Shown here in pieces: positions 62,521 through 64,000 of a stretch of 64,000 bases of DNA (position 1 is the stretch's first letter; each line of letters begins with the position of its first letter). Source of the stretch: Carcharhinus amblyrhynchos (Eukaryota); contig OZ336881.1 of NCBI GenBank assembly GCA_965287045.1, forward strand, positions 66,650,001-66,714,000, given 5' to 3'. The notes under the pieces were generated by a model, which had not been told where the DNA came from, did no database searches, and saw nothing but the letters and a program-made list of their open reading frames with translations. The position numbers were made by a program, and so were the translations under genes.

Positions 62521-63417
62521 GTTTTGTAGTATGTGGTTGTGCTAGATTGACTCTGTGGTGAGAGAACTAACATCAAAAGAGACCTACCTCCCTGTTCACC
62601 AATCTCTCTGTAACTGATGCATCTAACAGGATTGAATGGAGTGACTGTGCAGTACTGGCAGAGATGGTAAGGGGATATAGTTGGAAAACAAGCATGAGGA
62701 TCATCATATGTGATTAATCCGCCTATGTTCATGGTGATGGATGCAGGTAGTGTGCAAATTCTGTGCTGCCTGCTAATTAAAACAATGGTGTCATAGCTGC
62801 ACAACTTTAAAGAGAGCCAAAGTTCAAGCGAGGCTAACACTTCTTAAAGCTAAGCTGGGCTTCTTAAAACCAACTTGCATCTCTTAAAGGCAAGATGCAT
62901 GCTGGCTACAGCAGATGCTGGAACTGTTTTTTTTGTTCTAATATGATTACGTCAAACAAAAATGCAACACACTCAAAATCAGTAATTCAACGTTTGCTGG
63001 GCTTACATTCTTATGATGTTACGGAGTCCTTCAAAGGAATGTCTATGGATCTTTTTCAGTGGCAGGTGGGTAAATCTCCTTGAAACAAAAAGAAAAAAAT
63101 GAATGTCAGTCGGTCAAGCAAATAATTGAGTAATTTCCTGCTTTTTTTAAATTAAAAACCGTTTCACACTAAATGATACAAAATCTACTATTAAGGACCC
63201 TCAACTTCTGAAAGTGTTATTTCAAAGCAGAGGTTTCTGTTAGGGAGGGAGGACTGAGTGGAGTACCCCAGGTTTCAGTGATGGGGCCCCTATTTGTTTA
63301 TAATTGACATTAACAACAAATACAAATACCTCAGGCAAACAATCAACTTCTAATAAGGTACTAAGCTCAGAGCAGCTGCCAATATGGGCAAAATACACAG
63401 GGACCTACAAAGTGTTA

Positions 63418-63755
63418 GGGGAAGCAGTAGCGCAGTGGTATTGTCAAAAGACTAATAATCCAGAGACCCAAGGTGATGCTCTGGGGACCCAGGTTCAAAT
63501 CCCACCATAGCAGTGGATGAAATGTGACGTTAATAAAAATCTGGAATTAAAAATCTCATGATAACAATTGTCATAAAAACTCACCTAGTTCACTAATGTC
63601 CTTTTAAGGAAGGAAATCTGCTGTCCTTACCCTGTCTGGCCTACATGTGACACCAGAGTCACAGCAATGTGGTTGACTCCTCATATCCCTCAGGGATGGG
63701 CAATAAATACTGGCTCAGCCAGTGACATCCAGATCTCGTGAACAAGCAAAAAAGA
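63418..63755 (+). mobile_element. tRNA-headed SINE sharing its head with 61265 and its tail with LINE family B
   Basis: GTAGCGCAGTGG...GGTTCAAATCCCACC head and GGGATGGGCAATAAATAC tail. Other copies at ~38370-38720 and 45355-45785. Confidence 0.75.
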
Positions 63756-64000
63756 TTAAACTTGCAGACAGCTGATCAGTCATTACTAACAGATTGGCCA
63801 TGGTTTGAGATTTGATTTATTATTATCACATCTATTAATATACAGTGAAAAGTATTGTTTCTTGCGAACTATACAGATGAAGCATACTGTATATAGAGAA
63901 GGAGAAGGAGAGAGTACAGAAAGTATTGTTACAGTCATAGCTAGGATATGGACAAAGATCACCTTAATATAAGGTAGGTCCACTCCAAAGTCTGATGGCA

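Overview
Vertebrate genomic DNA, almost certainly a shark or other elasmobranch, judging by the dense HE1-type V-SINEs, CR1/HER1-type LINEs and Deu-domain SINEs. The only host gene is a glycoprotein-hormone receptor on the minus strand. Nine GT-AG exons (53650 down to 4844) join into one open frame of about 674 codons: leucine-rich repeats, hinge, 7TM domain and C-tail. Exon sizes, LRR sequences, a separate hinge exon 10 and the terminal EC* identify it as LHCGR exons 3-11. Exons 1-2 were not found and probably lie beyond 64000. The receptor has an 88-residue (TSHR-length) hinge spacer and several FSHR-type residues. The rest is intron/intergenic sequence full of degenerate mobile DNA: two or three Penelope-like families carrying minimal hammerhead ribozyme motifs (including two fold-back palindromic insertions with target-site duplications), a nested Gypsy remnant, CR1, L2 and Rex1/Babar LINEs, a LINE whose 5' end is a tRNA-type head shared with a SINE family, HE1-type SINEs with two alternative tails, and Harbinger-like TIR elements with internal minisatellites. 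Exon coordinates were read base by base. Repeat boundaries are approximate and family names come from recognition, not database searches.
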